A DNA stretch of 64,000 nt, from the NCBI RefSeq assembly GCF_009914755.1, contig NC_060935.1; one strand, written 5' to 3'. Below, piece by piece: positions 43,924 to 59,848 of the stretch; the stretch's first letter is position 1, and each line of letters starts with the position of its first letter. This DNA comes from the human T2T-CHM13v2.0 reference genome, Homo sapiens. A program made the position numbers and the translations under genes. The notes below the pieces were generated by a model that searched no databases, was not told the DNA's origin, and saw only the letters and a program-made list of their open reading frames with translations.

Positions 43924-44114
43924 CCTGAGGAAAAAAGAAAGTTCTTCTTCTCATGGAGTTTCTATCTTATGGGGAAGACAGACAGTAAACAATAATTATT
44001 CTTAGATGACAATAATTTACATAAAGAATAAAAACGGATTGGTGCATAAAATTTGATCGTAAGGAGAGTACGGTTTTCAAAGACTGGTAGTAAGGTATAA
44101 AAAGAATAAATAAA

Positions 44115-44493
44115 TGTCATAAACTGATTTGTGTCCTCCCTAAATTCCAGATTGATGTACCAACCCTAATGTGACTATGTGAAGATGAGAATTTTAAAGA
44201 CATAATTAAGGTTAAATGAGGTCATAAGGTTGAGGTCCTAATCCAATAAGACTGTTGTCCTTATAAGAAGAGGAAGAAATACCAGGAGTGTGCATGAGCA
44301 GAGGAAAGGCCTTGTGAGAACACAGTGAGGAGGTGGCCATATGAAAGCCACGAAGTGAGGCTTCAGGAGAAACTGATCCTGCTGATGTCTTGGTCTTAGA
44401 CTTTAGCCTCCAGAATTTTGAGTAAATAAATTTCTCTTGCTTAAGCCACCCAGTCAGTGGTATTATGTTATGGCAGCCCTAGCATAATAATAT
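44115..44493 (+). mobile_element. MLT1B-type solo LTR
   Basis: attaaggttaaatgaggtcataagg...ttaagccacccagtc...ttatggcagccctagc. Confidence 0.85.
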
Positions 44494-45789
44494 GGGGAAC
44501 AAGCCATGAGTTATTTAAAGTGAGACTATATGAAGTAAAAGAAATGGCAAGTGAAGTAACAGCCCTGAAGCAGGAGTATCCTTGGCAGGTTCAAGGAACA
44601 GCACCAACACAATGTCCCTTTAGCAGAGTAAACAAGGAGAAATTATCAACAGATAAGGTAGAGAGGTAAATAAAGCCCACATCATAAATGGCCATGTAAG
44701 TGGTGATCCTTTGAGCCAGAAAGTCCCGACAGCTGAGTTGAAAACACACATTACAGGAGAAAGAGTGGGAAGAAAGAGATCAATGAGGAGGCAACTACAG
44801 TAAGTCAATGAGATACAAAGATGTCTTGGATAAGATATTATGGGTGGAGGTGGTTAGAAGTGGTCAAACTTTTGATTAATCTTGAAAGGTAACAGATTTT
44901 TAAAATTTTTTAATGGATTAGATATATGTTGTGAAGAAAGGAGAGTTGTCAAGGATGAAGGCTCAAGTCTTTAGCCTAAGCAACCGACCTGAGACATTTG
45001 CATTTACTAAGATGAGCAGACAACAGGAAGAACACACGTAGTTTAGGGCAAAATCAAGAGTTTGGATATGGGCATGGATAGCTTGACTTGCCTGTAGACA
45101 TCCAAGTAAGTCAGATGCAAAATAGACAGTTGGAAATATGAATCTAAAATTGAGAAGATTGTATATGTAGCATAGTAAAACATAAACTGTGTATGTAAAA
45201 TACTATATTAATGTACAAGGAGAGCAGCAAAGATAAATTATATCTGCCTCCAATAAGCCTTTAACTTTAGTAGACAATGTACATATAGTAAAGCACTGAT
45301 GATTCTACTGAAAGTTACGATAAGGGAGAAGAGTACATTATGACCACAGGGATTTCTTTGGAATTGCTTACATGTCTCTTATACATTCAGTATCTGAATT
45401 ATATTTATAAAAAAGCATTCATTAAAATATGCAATACTTTAACTTAGTATCTGTTTATTTGTTTTTATACAACATACCTTGTTTGTCCATCCATTATTGG
45501 TTAGAAAAGTACATTTAAAATATACACTCATTTAAATTCTTCACATAGAAATTTTGTCTCTGGCTTTTGAGAATCTTTAAATGTTAATATATAGTAATTA
45601 TACATACTCTCTGAAGACAGCTAATTAGACTAACCTAACAGGATATCATACTTTACACAGAAAATTGTCTATATAGTGTGGGAGGTCGTTGGTAAGTGGG
45701 AAGGTTGGTGGTGAGACTACAGTGAGCTGAGTGTAGGAAATATTTTCAAACTCCTAAATCACAGTTTTAAACTGAAACTAAATTTAACT

Positions 45790-46142
<353 letters not shown>

Positions 46143-46424
46143 TAAGGAGATTTGGTTATCTTGGATATAATTTTACTCTTAATAGTGATCCTTATCTAAG
46201 CATCAGCTTTTTACCACTGGTTTCCGTGCTATTCTTATCTACCCTCCATCACCTGATGGGTGGAAATTTGTATACCTTAACATTAGTTGATCTACAATCA
46301 ACTAGTTTAACTCAGCATAACCAGGTATTTTCTAGTTTAACTATTTGTGGGTGTTTCTAGTTCTTGTGAACATTATGCAATTTAAATTCCTGAAATTATG
46401 ATACTAGGTATATTTGACAGCAGG

Positions 46425-47024
<600 letters not shown>

Positions 47025-48279
47025 ACTAGTTAAGTAAAAATCTAACCACTTTCATAACTCTTCTGATGCAAAGGGTATAAAAATAAAACTATCCTCTGGG
47101 ATCACAGAATACAATAGATTCACAGTAAACTAGAAAAAAAATCATCATCTCTAACAAGGGTCTTTCAGCCTGTGATCTTGCCAAACTAAAATTCAGAGAT
47201 TAAACAGTTCAAAAATTAATGTAGACACTCATCAAGGTTCCTAGAGCTTTCTATGTTTTCACTCTGCCACCTTAAACATGTCATTGATGACTCCTCACGA
47301 TCACAAGATGGCTGCAGCATCTCAGGCATTACATGCAGACATTGAAAGAAGAAAGAAATATTAGAGAAGTGGGTTAGCTGTTGTTTAGGCAGTCGATATT
47401 GTCTGCCAGAGAACAGGTCTCACCATATTTATCTGTTTAGTGTCTATTAATTTGGCAAGATTAAACTAATATCAAAAATGTACTTTTATTTACAACAGAT
47501 AACATTTGATGCCAACACAAAAAGTATTTACTTCTTGACTTGAATAATGTATTCACATTTCAAGCCACTATCTTTTATCTGTGCCTTTTTGATGGATATT
47601 TTGATAGCTCTAAATCCAAATATAGATAATCGTATGTGTCAGATCCCAAATACAATTTAAATCCTCGACACTTAAAGCCTCTCTTACCATTATGAATGGA
47701 TGCATTCCCTAGTCATTATCCCTTCCAAGTCTCATATTAGCTTTCACCAGACAAGTATACTTTAAATAAAGCTGAAGCACAATGCTAGATAGTCATCTGC
47801 AGAAAGGATGAGCAAGTTTGTGATTCATTTGCCTTTTTAATCTGGGCTCTCCATTGGAAGCCTCTGATACTGACAGTTTGAAGAGATAAATCGAACAACT
47901 GTGGTCATTACACAGAGATATACTCAAGTGCATCAGAATATTCTTGTCTCCTCTTTTAATTTACATAATTTCTAAATGTGCTAAGAATGGAAAGTATTGT
48001 TCTTTGGTGGCAGTTTTTACTATAGAACAATCAGCAATATAAAACAAATTTTGGCTTAACCAGAGTTGAGAAAGTGATTGCTGTTACGTTTTGTTCATAT
48101 CTGTCTTGTCAGAAACTTCTCTCTTGAATGCAGCTGTTTCCATTAACTACCACAGGCACATTTGAAAATGACCCAAGCAACAATAAGAATCACAGAGGAG
48201 CATATAGCTTGGGAAAAATAGTTTTTAGTATATAGAATTTTTTTAAAAAGCTGCCTTCACTTAAGAACGAAATAACGTG

Positions 48280-48500
48280 AGGAGAAAGAAAGGGAAAAAG
48301 AAAGAAGGATACGATGGAGAAAGGGAGAAAGAATGAGAGAGGAAGAGATGAAAGATATAAGAAAAAGAAAATAAAGAAAAGAGTAAGCTAGGAAGTTAGA
48401 AAGTAGATGAAAAAGATTGAAAGACATTAACTGAAAAGAGGAAAGGAAGAGAATGAAGGAAAATATGTAGGAAGGTAGGTAGTCAGGAGAGAGAGAAAGA
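48280..48500. repeat. GA-rich low-complexity polypurine tract
   Basis: directly visible. Confidence 0.8.
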
Positions 48501-48557
48501 AGTGAGATCTACGTCAATATTCAGATCTTTTCCCTGTTTCTTATTGCAAAAATATTA

Positions 48558-48835
48558 GGCTGGGTGTGGTGGCTCATGCCTGTAGTCCCAACAATTTGAG
48601 AGTCTGAGGATCCCTTGAGGCCAGGAGTTTCAGACCAGACTTGGCAACATAGTGAGACTCTTTGTCTCTACGAATAAATAAATAAATAAATGGGTGTGGT
48701 GTCTCATGCCTGTAGTCCCAGCTACTTGGGAGGCTGAGATGAGAAGATCGCTTGAGCTCAGGATTTCAAGGATGCAGTGAGCCATGATTGTGCCAGTGCA
48801 CTCCAGCCTGAGCAACAGAGCAAGATCCTGTCTCA

Positions 48836-48885
<50 letters not shown>
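48558..48885 (+). mobile_element. AluJ with (AC)n microsatellite tail (48839-48885)
   Basis: J diagnostics; TSD aaaatatta/aaaacatta. Confidence 0.88.
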
Positions 48886-48889
<4 letters not shown>

Positions 48890-48916
48890 ACATTAAACTA
48901 ATTTAAGTTACATATC

Positions 48917-49292
48917 TGATATGGTCTGGCTCTGAGTCCCCACCCTAATCTCATCTTGAATTGTAATCCCATAATCCCTACGTTCGTGGGAGGGACCTGG
49001 TGGGAGGTAATTGACTCATCGGGGCAGTTTCCCCCATGCTGTTCTCATGATAGTGAGTGAATTCTCACAATATCTGAGATGGTTTTATAAAAATAGGACA
49101 TTTCCCTTACTGGCACTTCTCTCTTCTGCTGCCATGTGAAGAAGGACATGTTTGCTTCCCCTTCCACCATGATTGTGAGTTTCCTGAGCCCTCCCCAGCC
49201 ATGCAGAACTGTGAGTCAATTAAACCTCTTTCTTTTATAAATTATTTAGTCTTGGATGTTTCTTCATAGTAGCGTAAGAACCCACTAATACA
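48917..49292 (+). mobile_element. THE1D-type solo LTR
   Basis: tgatatggtctggc...cactaataca; TSD atatc/atctc. Confidence 0.9.
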
Positions 49293-49569
49293 ATCTCATT
49301 TCTCTAGGAAGTGTTTTCTTTAATATAGAAAAAAAAAAAAAAAAGATTGGCTTCAAATAGAAAAAAAGCTCCCTAGGCTCTACAGTTCCTCTCTTTCCTT
49401 CTTAAAAATCAGAGGGATAAAAATCTTCAATTATTTTTCTTTAAAACATCTCTATCAAGAGCTACAAAAAGACATTTAGTATAGGAGTTATCAAAGTTTT
49501 TAAAAACATCTGAATAACATTTAAATTAAAAACTACATCTAAATAAAAAGGTGGTAACAACATTGAATA

Positions 49570-49790
49570 GTTCAGTAGAATGAGCATAAACGTTCACAGC
49601 TGAATTATCTGGGTTCTCATTCTAGCTTGTCTGTGAAAATGTGAAGAAACAACGAGGCTTTTGCACCTCTAATTACTCCATCAACGCAATAGAGTTAATA
49701 CCACTAATTTCAGAGATGTTTTGAAGACTTGATGATATGATGCAAATCTAAAGCACGGCCCAGGTTCCAGCCAGTAGGAGCAGTTTAGTT
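49570..49790 (+). mobile_element. MIR
   Basis: tctgggttctcattctagc...gcacctctaattactccatc...gttttgaagacttgatgatat. Confidence 0.55.
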
Positions 49791-49994
49791 TCTTCAATGT
49801 GCAGGTTGTGCATTTTTCTATACTTATTTTTTGATTCATAAGATATTTATCAAATACTTTCTAATTGCAAGTCACCCTAGTAGGTACTAGAAACTGGCTT
49901 TTCAGGTTTCACCTGGATAAATAAAAGTAATTTTTTTTTTCTGTTGGAGGGGAGCAAAGTAATATTAAATAAAAGATGCTTTACACTTTAGGTG

Positions 49995-50062
49995 TTAGGT
50001 TGGTGCAAAAGTAATTCCCATTGAAATTGATGGGAAAAACCACAATATTTGTCTAAATATAA
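49995..50062. mobile_element. MADE1 (Hsmar1 MITE), degraded
   Basis: ttaggttggtgcaaaagtaatt TIR, central ccattgaaattgatgg, then aaaaaccacaat. Confidence 0.8.
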
Positions 50063-50476
50063 ATTTTAGTATATCTTCCATCCACTGGGCAAATAATCAT
50101 GACACACATTATAAGAGAGCTGTAGTTTATATCACATTATATTTATTTAGTATATCAATGTATATAATTAAACATCTATGTTCTTCCGTAAAATGTAAAC
50201 TTTCAAATTTTTCACAATAGTAAGAATACCGTGTTGTATGTAGAAAGATTGTTGATAAATTACTAGAGTCCTCTTACTAATTCCATCTAAAATTGACAAA
50301 CCAGAGAATCTATCACTCAGTCTCCTGTACAGTTTTAGCTGAATTTTTGAAAAATTATAATGTAACTAAAAAAAGTGTTATTTATGGCCTGGTTTCAAAT
50401 TATCACTCAAATGCAATTAAGTCTACTTCTTTGTAATATAACAAATAAAAGATAAAGCATGTACTCCAAGTTCTTT

Positions 50477-50767
<291 letters not shown>

Positions 50768-51019
50768 CACATGTACTCTAACTTCTTTAAGTTAGATTAC
50801 GACTGACAGATGCTCCTTAAGAATATAAAAGAGCTACACATAAAGAGATGAAAATTTTTGGAAATGCAATCAAAACAAAGATATAGACACTTTCTTACAT
50901 TATATGAATTATAAATATATAATATGGGATTCAAATGGTTCTTAAAATTTGTATGTCATTTATTTAAGCAGTATTTAATAAAGTATTAACAAAAATTATT
51001 TTAATTATTAGTAAAATAT

Positions 51020-51335
<316 letters not shown>

Positions 51336-51619
51336 TTATGGCATATTTTATATCACTTTTCTGCAACTTGCAAAAAGGAAAAATCTCTATAATTAAAAAT
51401 ATTGAAGTTAATTTATGGTTCCAAGCCCGTATTTTTTAACAGATACGAAGATTAAAGTTAGTAGTTCTATACATGTAAGAAATATTTTAAAGTAAATGTT
51501 ATTTTAACACATATTTTAATGCTTTATGCTTTAATCTGTTGCTTCTTTACTTATATTACGAACACTTTCAATTTCTTTTGATAATTTACTTGCCATTATT
51601 TTCCATAGTATCCCATTGA

Positions 51620-51830
51620 AAGCTCATAGTGAAAGCACTGGAAATAAAGTCAGGCATCTTTGCTTCAAAATCAACTCTGGTAACAAGATCATGTATTGAG
51701 ACCTTGGCAAACTTTTCTCCCCACTGAGCAGTTACTTCATCTGTTAGCCTCACAGTGTTGTTCTGAAGATTTAATGAAGTAATGGATGTAAACATGCCTG
51801 CAAATTTGCATAAAACCATATATTCTCATT
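51620..51830 (+). mobile_element. MIR
   Basis: gtgaaagcactgg...gaccttggcaaac...gttctgaagatttaatgaag. Confidence 0.65.
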
Positions 51831-52593
51831 TATAAAGCAGTATAATACTTCAGTATTACAACAAATACATACTCTACCGGTGCTTAATTCTCTCTAATCT
51901 TTTGAAGTTTAAACAGAAGAAGAGTAACATATTTTATCAAACAGTAGATCTAATTTAAGAAGAAACCCTCAAACAAAGCCAACACTAAAACTTTTTCTTC
52001 CTCTTGCAACATTGAGAACTCCTGAAAGTATAAATGCTTCTTTTTAACCATTTTCACTTGTACTCTGGTTTATCTGTAATAATATAAAACTATTTTCATC
52101 AGAAATGTTGCATAATTTTAAGTTTAAAAATTCCAATTGTCTAGTTAAAAAGTTCAAACTGTTTAACTGGGTAACAACCACTTAAAATAATTTTTCTGTG
52201 CATACATTAGTGGCTGGGTTTCTCCAGTATGCCAGACACAACTTGTTTTTCAGATTTAGGATTGAACCACTCAAACTCTAACCCTATATGTGATAAGGAG
52301 TGCAGTTGGTCCCAATATTTATAGGAATTATTGGGGTCTTAGCTCCTAATTATTTTTAGATTTTCTTTCCTGCTTCTGTTGCATTAATGAGATCATTCTG
52401 CATTTGCTTCTTATGTGTATTGATCCATTTCTGCAATCACACATCTCAGACATTGATTTAAATCCAATCTTCCCCAAAGTTCCAAGATCTCTAATATATA
52501 CTTTGGCAGCCTTTACCAAAATAGTGCTTAATAACAGAGTTGGCAGGAATGAATTGGAGAAGAGTAATACTATACATATTAAAATGTGGACTC

Positions 52594-53810
52594 ACGTGCA
52601 GAAGACTGAAACTGGACCCCTTCCTTACACCATATAAAAAAATCATCTCAGGATGGATCAAAGACTGAAATGTAAAACCGAAAACTATAAAACCCTGGAA
52701 GATAACCTAGGCAATATGATTCTGGACATAGGAACAGGCAAAGATTTCATGATGAAAATGCCAAAAGCAATTGCAACAAAAGCAAACATTGGCAAATGGG
52801 ATCTAATTAAACTAAAGATCTTCTGCACAGCAAAAGAAACTACCAACAGGGTAAACAGACAACATACAGAATGGGAGAAAATTCGCAAACTATGCAACTG
52901 AGAAAGATGTAATATCCAACATCTATAAGGAACATAAATCTACAAGAAAAATAAACCCATTAAACAGTGTACAAGGGACATGAACAGTTATCAAAAGAAG
53001 ACGTACATATGACTAAAAAGCATATGTACAAAAGCTGAACATCACTGATCACTAGAGAAATACAAATCAAAACCACAATGAGATACCATCTCATAGCAGT
53101 CAGATGAGTATTACTAAAAAGTCAAAAAATAACAGGTGCTGGTGACATTGCAGAGAAATAGAAACACTTATACACTGTTGGTGGGAGTGTAAATTAGTTC
53201 AGCCATTATGGAAAACAGTATGACAATTCCTTAAAGACCTAAAAAGAGAACTACTATGTTATGCAGCAATTCCATTACTGGGTCTATCCCCAAAGGAAAA
53301 TAAATTATTCTATCATAAAGACATAAGCATACATATGATGACTGCAGCACTATTCACATAGTGAATAGCAGGACATGAAATCAACCTGAATGCCCATCAA
53401 TGGTAGACTGGATAGAGAAAATGTGGTACATATACACCATGGAATACTAGGCAGTCATAAAAAAGAATGAGATTATGTCATTTGCAGGAACATGGATGCA
53501 ACTGGAAGGCCATTATTCTTAGCACACTAACACAGGAACAGAAAACCAAATACCACATGTTCTCACTTTTAAGTGGGAGCTGAATGATGAGAACACATGG
53601 ACACATAGAGAGAGGGGAGCAACACACACTACAGCCTGTTGGAGGGTGGAGGATAGGAGGAGGGAGAGGATCAGAAAAAATAACTAATGGATACTAGGCT
53701 TGATACCTGGATGGTGAAATAATCTGTACAACAAACCCCCACTGATATGAGTTTGCCTCTATAACAAATCTGCACATGTACCCCTCAACTTAAAATAAAA
53801 GTTAAAAAAA
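52594..53810 (+). mobile_element. L1PA13-16/L1PREC2-type 3' fragment
   Basis: ORF2 C-terminal remnant; 3'UTR gggagaggatcagaaaaaataactaatgg...acttaaaataaaagttaaaaaaa. Confidence 0.88.
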
Positions 53811-53914
53811 TTCCCAGAAAACAAACAACAAAAATATGAGTTCTTGGATATGCCTTAACGCTGGATTGTAACAATGATGATAATAAGAAAGGCAAACATT
53901 TATAAAGACTTTCT

Positions 53915-54210
53915 ACCAGGTGCAGTGGCTCATGCCTGTAATCCAAGCATTTTGGGAGGCCGAGATGGGAGGATAGCTTGAGCCCAGGAGTTTGAGACCA
54001 GCCTGGGCAACATAGCAAGACCCTGTCTCTACAAATAATACAATAATTAGCTGGGCACAGTTGTGTGTGCCTGGAATCCCAGCACCTCAGGAGGCTGAGG
54101 CAGGAGGATCACTTGAACCTAGGAGTTTGAGAATGCAGTGTTCCATGACATCACTGCCTTAGCATGGGTGACAGTGCAAGACCTTGTCTCAAAAAAATAA
54201 GAAAAAAAAA
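53915..54210 (+). mobile_element. AluJ
   Basis: gcttgagcccaggagtttgagaccagcctgggcaacatagc. Confidence 0.88.
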
Positions 54211-54214
54211 TTTT

Positions 54215-54375
54215 CATGTGCCATATGCCAATCACTGTCTCACTGTTTTGCATATAACGCCACATAGCAGCCCTACAAAGCTGATAGAAGACTATATTTA
54301 TCTCCATTCTTTACTAGAAAAAAAAGTGAAGCACCTTGAAATAACTTACCCAATTTTTAAGAACCAGAAATCATG
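54215..54375 (-). mobile_element. MIR fragment
   Basis: agcagccctacaaag...tctccattctttactaga...aataacttaccc. Confidence 0.5.
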
Positions 54376-55080
54376 ACTTTAGAAGATGCCTTAGAGTGGC
54401 CATACTGATTGTCCTTAATGGCATTAGAACCCTACATGAAATGCTGCAGTGGGGGTAGAGCAGGGTGACACCTCTCCAACACAGTTCAATCTCAGCATCA
54501 CAAATGTGGATTACTGGAGAGGATGTGCTCCATAAAGTGAGGTAAGAGAGACACACAAAACCATAAGTGAATTATCCTAGTCTAAAACTCGTAACTTGAA
54601 TGTATCCAAGCCTCTGGATCTAACTGTCAATCTACCAGAATTTGATGGGAAAGAAGAACAAGCTAATTCACATAATGAAGAAGCAATCACTCAAACAGAG
54701 AGCATGAGAGATTCTAAACAATAAATAAATGTATTTCTTCAACAAGTAACTTAAAAGGAGGAAGAGCACTATTATAGGATAGAATAAAAGATACTTAAGA
54801 AACATAATAATTAATTAAAGGTAATATTTTCACCTTGTTTGAAGACTGATTTGAACCAAGCAAGTGTACAATAAACTCTGTGAATCAATTAGGAAAACTT
54901 ATGTATCAGCTGATATTAAAGAATTTGCATAAATTTTTAAAGATCAATAATATCATGTTGGTGAACTAAAGAAAAGGAAAAAGCTCTATATCAGTATGTG
55001 AGTCTTTACGAAAGAAGAAAATGTCTAAAAATATAAAGTAACATACTATCTGGGATTGCTTGAAAATACTCCAGCATTAA

Positions 55081-55082
<2 letters not shown>

Positions 55083-55138
<56 letters not shown>

Positions 55139-55190
55139 GTGTGTATATATATATGTGTGTGTATATATGTGTATATATATATGTATATAT
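55083..55190. repeat. (AC)n followed by mixed (AT/GT)n microsatellite
   Basis: directly visible. Confidence 0.95.
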
Positions 55191-55191
55191 G

Positions 55192-55670
55192 GCGCTTGTA
55201 TGTTCATTGCAGCACTATTCCAAATAGCAAAGACAGAATCAAGCTAGATGGCTGTCAACCCTGAACTGGATAAAGAAAATGTCATACATATAAGACCATG
55301 GAATACTACACTGCCATAAAAAAGAAAGAATGAAATCATGTCCTTTGCAACAACATGGATGTAGCAGAAGGCCATTAATCTAAATGAATTAATGAAAGAA
55401 CAGAAAACCAAATACAGCAAGTTTTCTCTTACAGGTGGGAGCTAAACACTGAGTATACATAGACATGAAAATGAGACAATTCACACTGGGACTACTAGAG
55501 AGGGAACCTTGGGATGGGGATAAAGGTTGAAAAACTACCTGTTGGGTACTATGCCTACTCCTTGGGTGATGGGATCATTCATACACCAAACTTCAGAGAC
55601 ACATAATTTAACCATGTATCAAATCTGCACATGTATCCCCTGAACCAAAAATAAAAGTTGGAAAAAAAAA
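55192..55670 (+). mobile_element. L1PA16-type 3' end
   Basis: tgttcattgcagcactattc...ggttgaaaaactacctgttgggtactatg...aataaaagttggaaaaaaaa. Confidence 0.85.
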
Positions 55671-57030
55671 GAGGAAGGGAAAATACCTGAAACAAACTGA
55701 CAAAAAGCTGATACTTGTTGAAACTGAATGCAGTGTAAGAGTGTTTTATTACATTATTTCTAGTTTTTATATTTTCAAAAATTTCATTTATAAAAAAAGA
55801 TTTTTTAACGGCCCTAGAGCGATCTCATACAAAACTGCTAACAATACAAATTTAGGTAAACTATGGTGAAAATTGTTATGCTCCCGATATTTTCTGTAAG
55901 TTGGATGTGTCAAGCTAAAATTAAGTTAAATCACATAATTTATATATCAGCAATACTTGGAAATTAACCATAATATTTTTAGAAGCTGCCAGAGTAAGTA
56001 AATATAAAATCACACTCATGGTTGCCTTCTGAAAAGCTGTATATATTTAACCTTGGGTTGACCTATAATATGTACTCTACTTGTAAATAATTTCAAATTG
56101 TATATTTCAAAAAATTATATTGATAAAAAATATATAGCTAAAAATTGATAACTTCTACAGTAATATATATGCACATCTAATAGTTCCTTTATGTAATAAG
56201 TTCCTACTATGTACTAAGTACTGTGATAAATTGTTTAACAAGGATAATGATGTAATGCTGTGCATGCCCCAAAATTTTTAAATTTATTTGACAAAATAAC
56301 ATATTTTCAAAACAAGCACTACATATATATATACATATACATACATGTACCCATAGATATATACTGTATTTACACACATAGAGATATACTCATGTAGATC
56401 ATGCACAGTATTTGTAATTTTTATTCAATACAATATATATAATTTAAGCCAATAAATTAGCATTAACTAGTCCTTGTTATATCAATTAAGTTTCATCAGG
56501 TAGGTTAGTTTCAATCGCTTTACATACTCATGAAAAGAATTAAAATAGAAATTTTTGCATTTCATGATTTAATGTTGTATCATATTGAATATTTGCAAAA
56601 TTATGAATATATACATAAAAGTAAGCAAATTATAAAAATATCCAAGAATAAATAAAATATATACTGTCTCATTTTAGAGTCCACATATTATATTTCTCAT
56701 AATACCATACAAATAATCTTGATAATTACATTCTCTTCCCACTTGATGGATAAAGAATTTAAATCAGATGAGATTTCCACATAGTATATACACAAATGAG
56801 GAGTTATAAATATATAAAACAGAAGGGAAATATAGGTAAAATTAACACAAATCTATTTTAATCATTAGTCAAGTGTTAAGCATGAAAATATTGAGTATAA
56901 TAAAAAAAGAATTGTAAAGTCTATATAAAAGTGTATAAAACAATTACTTGGACCTTAAAAATGGGATAAACATATGAAACAAAATATAACAAAAATTTAA
57001 TTAGTGACATTTTTTAGAAATTTCACTTAG

Positions 57031-57288
<258 letters not shown>

Positions 57289-57409
57289 TCACTTAGAAAA
57301 TATATATATATTTCACCAATTCTAGTGATATTTTAATCATAATGAAGTTGAGTAGAGAAATCCTACAGAGATCAAATCAACATTCATTTATTCACCAAAC
57401 ATTATCAAG

Positions 57410-57595
57410 CTCTGGGCTCTGAAATGTGCTTTCTACCCTAGGCAAAACATTTATCCTCTCTAAAACTCAACATCTTGTGTTTAAAACTAGCATCCATTAC
57501 ACAGAACTATAGTCAAGATTAAATGCAATGAAGTACATTCTATCTATGCCCTGAAATATACTAACAATTAAAAATGTCATTGGTTACTATTATTT
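57410..57595 (+). mobile_element. MIR fragment
   Basis: cctaggcaaaacatttatcctctctaaaactca...gtcaagattaaatg. Confidence 0.55.
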
Positions 57596-57744
57596 ACCAT
57601 CCATGTGTTTTGTGTTGAAGACATGGAGATCAAAGTAGTCTTTAATACCTAGTGGACATCCAGTGGAGTAAGGGCTACATCAATGTGAAATACTTCTAGA
57701 CTAACTTGGTGAAAATGTTCTCAGCTTTCTCCCACATATACAGA

Positions 57745-59254
<1,510 letters not shown>

Positions 59255-59848
59255 CAAATAGTTTGTCTTCTTGTTTTCCTTTTGAGTTTCAAAGCAGAAT
59301 CCTCTTAGAAAGGAGACAGAGGAAATTAATGCTTCCAGAAGTTGGATGTGTTTATTATGAATATGAGAATAATAGATGTTCCTGGGCCAGGATTTGAATA
59401 GTCTTGTTCCCAATTTTCAATCGTTCGAATCATTCTCTCCAGGGAAGTCACTGGCCTACACTAGGTGTAAAGTTTTTGGAGCAAAAAAGACAAAAACAAA
59501 ACCCATTGCTAATGCATGCTTATGAGAGACACAGTGGTCTCATTAAAACTGAAGCTTTTTAAAGCCATAATTTCTCAGGGCTCATCCATGTTAAAACCAG
59601 TATTTTCCATTTGAGCTTATTTCCTACTCATCTAATTGGAGGGCTCTTGTCAGTACCTATTTCTGAAGCATCTCTGATGTAGTGAAAATGATGTTGAGGA
59701 CAAAATGGCTATGCTAGTATCAATATGAAATTCATTTTATTTTTATTGAAGTAAGCCATTCAGGCAAATCACTTTTTTTTAAACTGGCACTTTACTAAGA
59801 ACATATCAAGGTGAACAACATATACGTACTTATAAAAAGGATAGTTAT

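Larger units (their letters stand above)
40773..45160 (-). mobile_element. L2, split by a composite insertion (40875-43930) and by MLT1B
   Basis: tattgagaatctattctgtgccaggc...aagaaagt | aagaaagttcttcttctcatggagttt...ggaagacagacagtaaac; continues 44500-45160. Confidence 0.75.
54480..55800 (+). mobile_element. L1MC4/5-type 3'UTR fragments flanking the microsatellite and L1PA16
   Basis: taacttgaatgtatccaagcctctggatctaac...; tail gttgaaactgaatg...aaaatttcatttataaaa. Confidence 0.55.
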
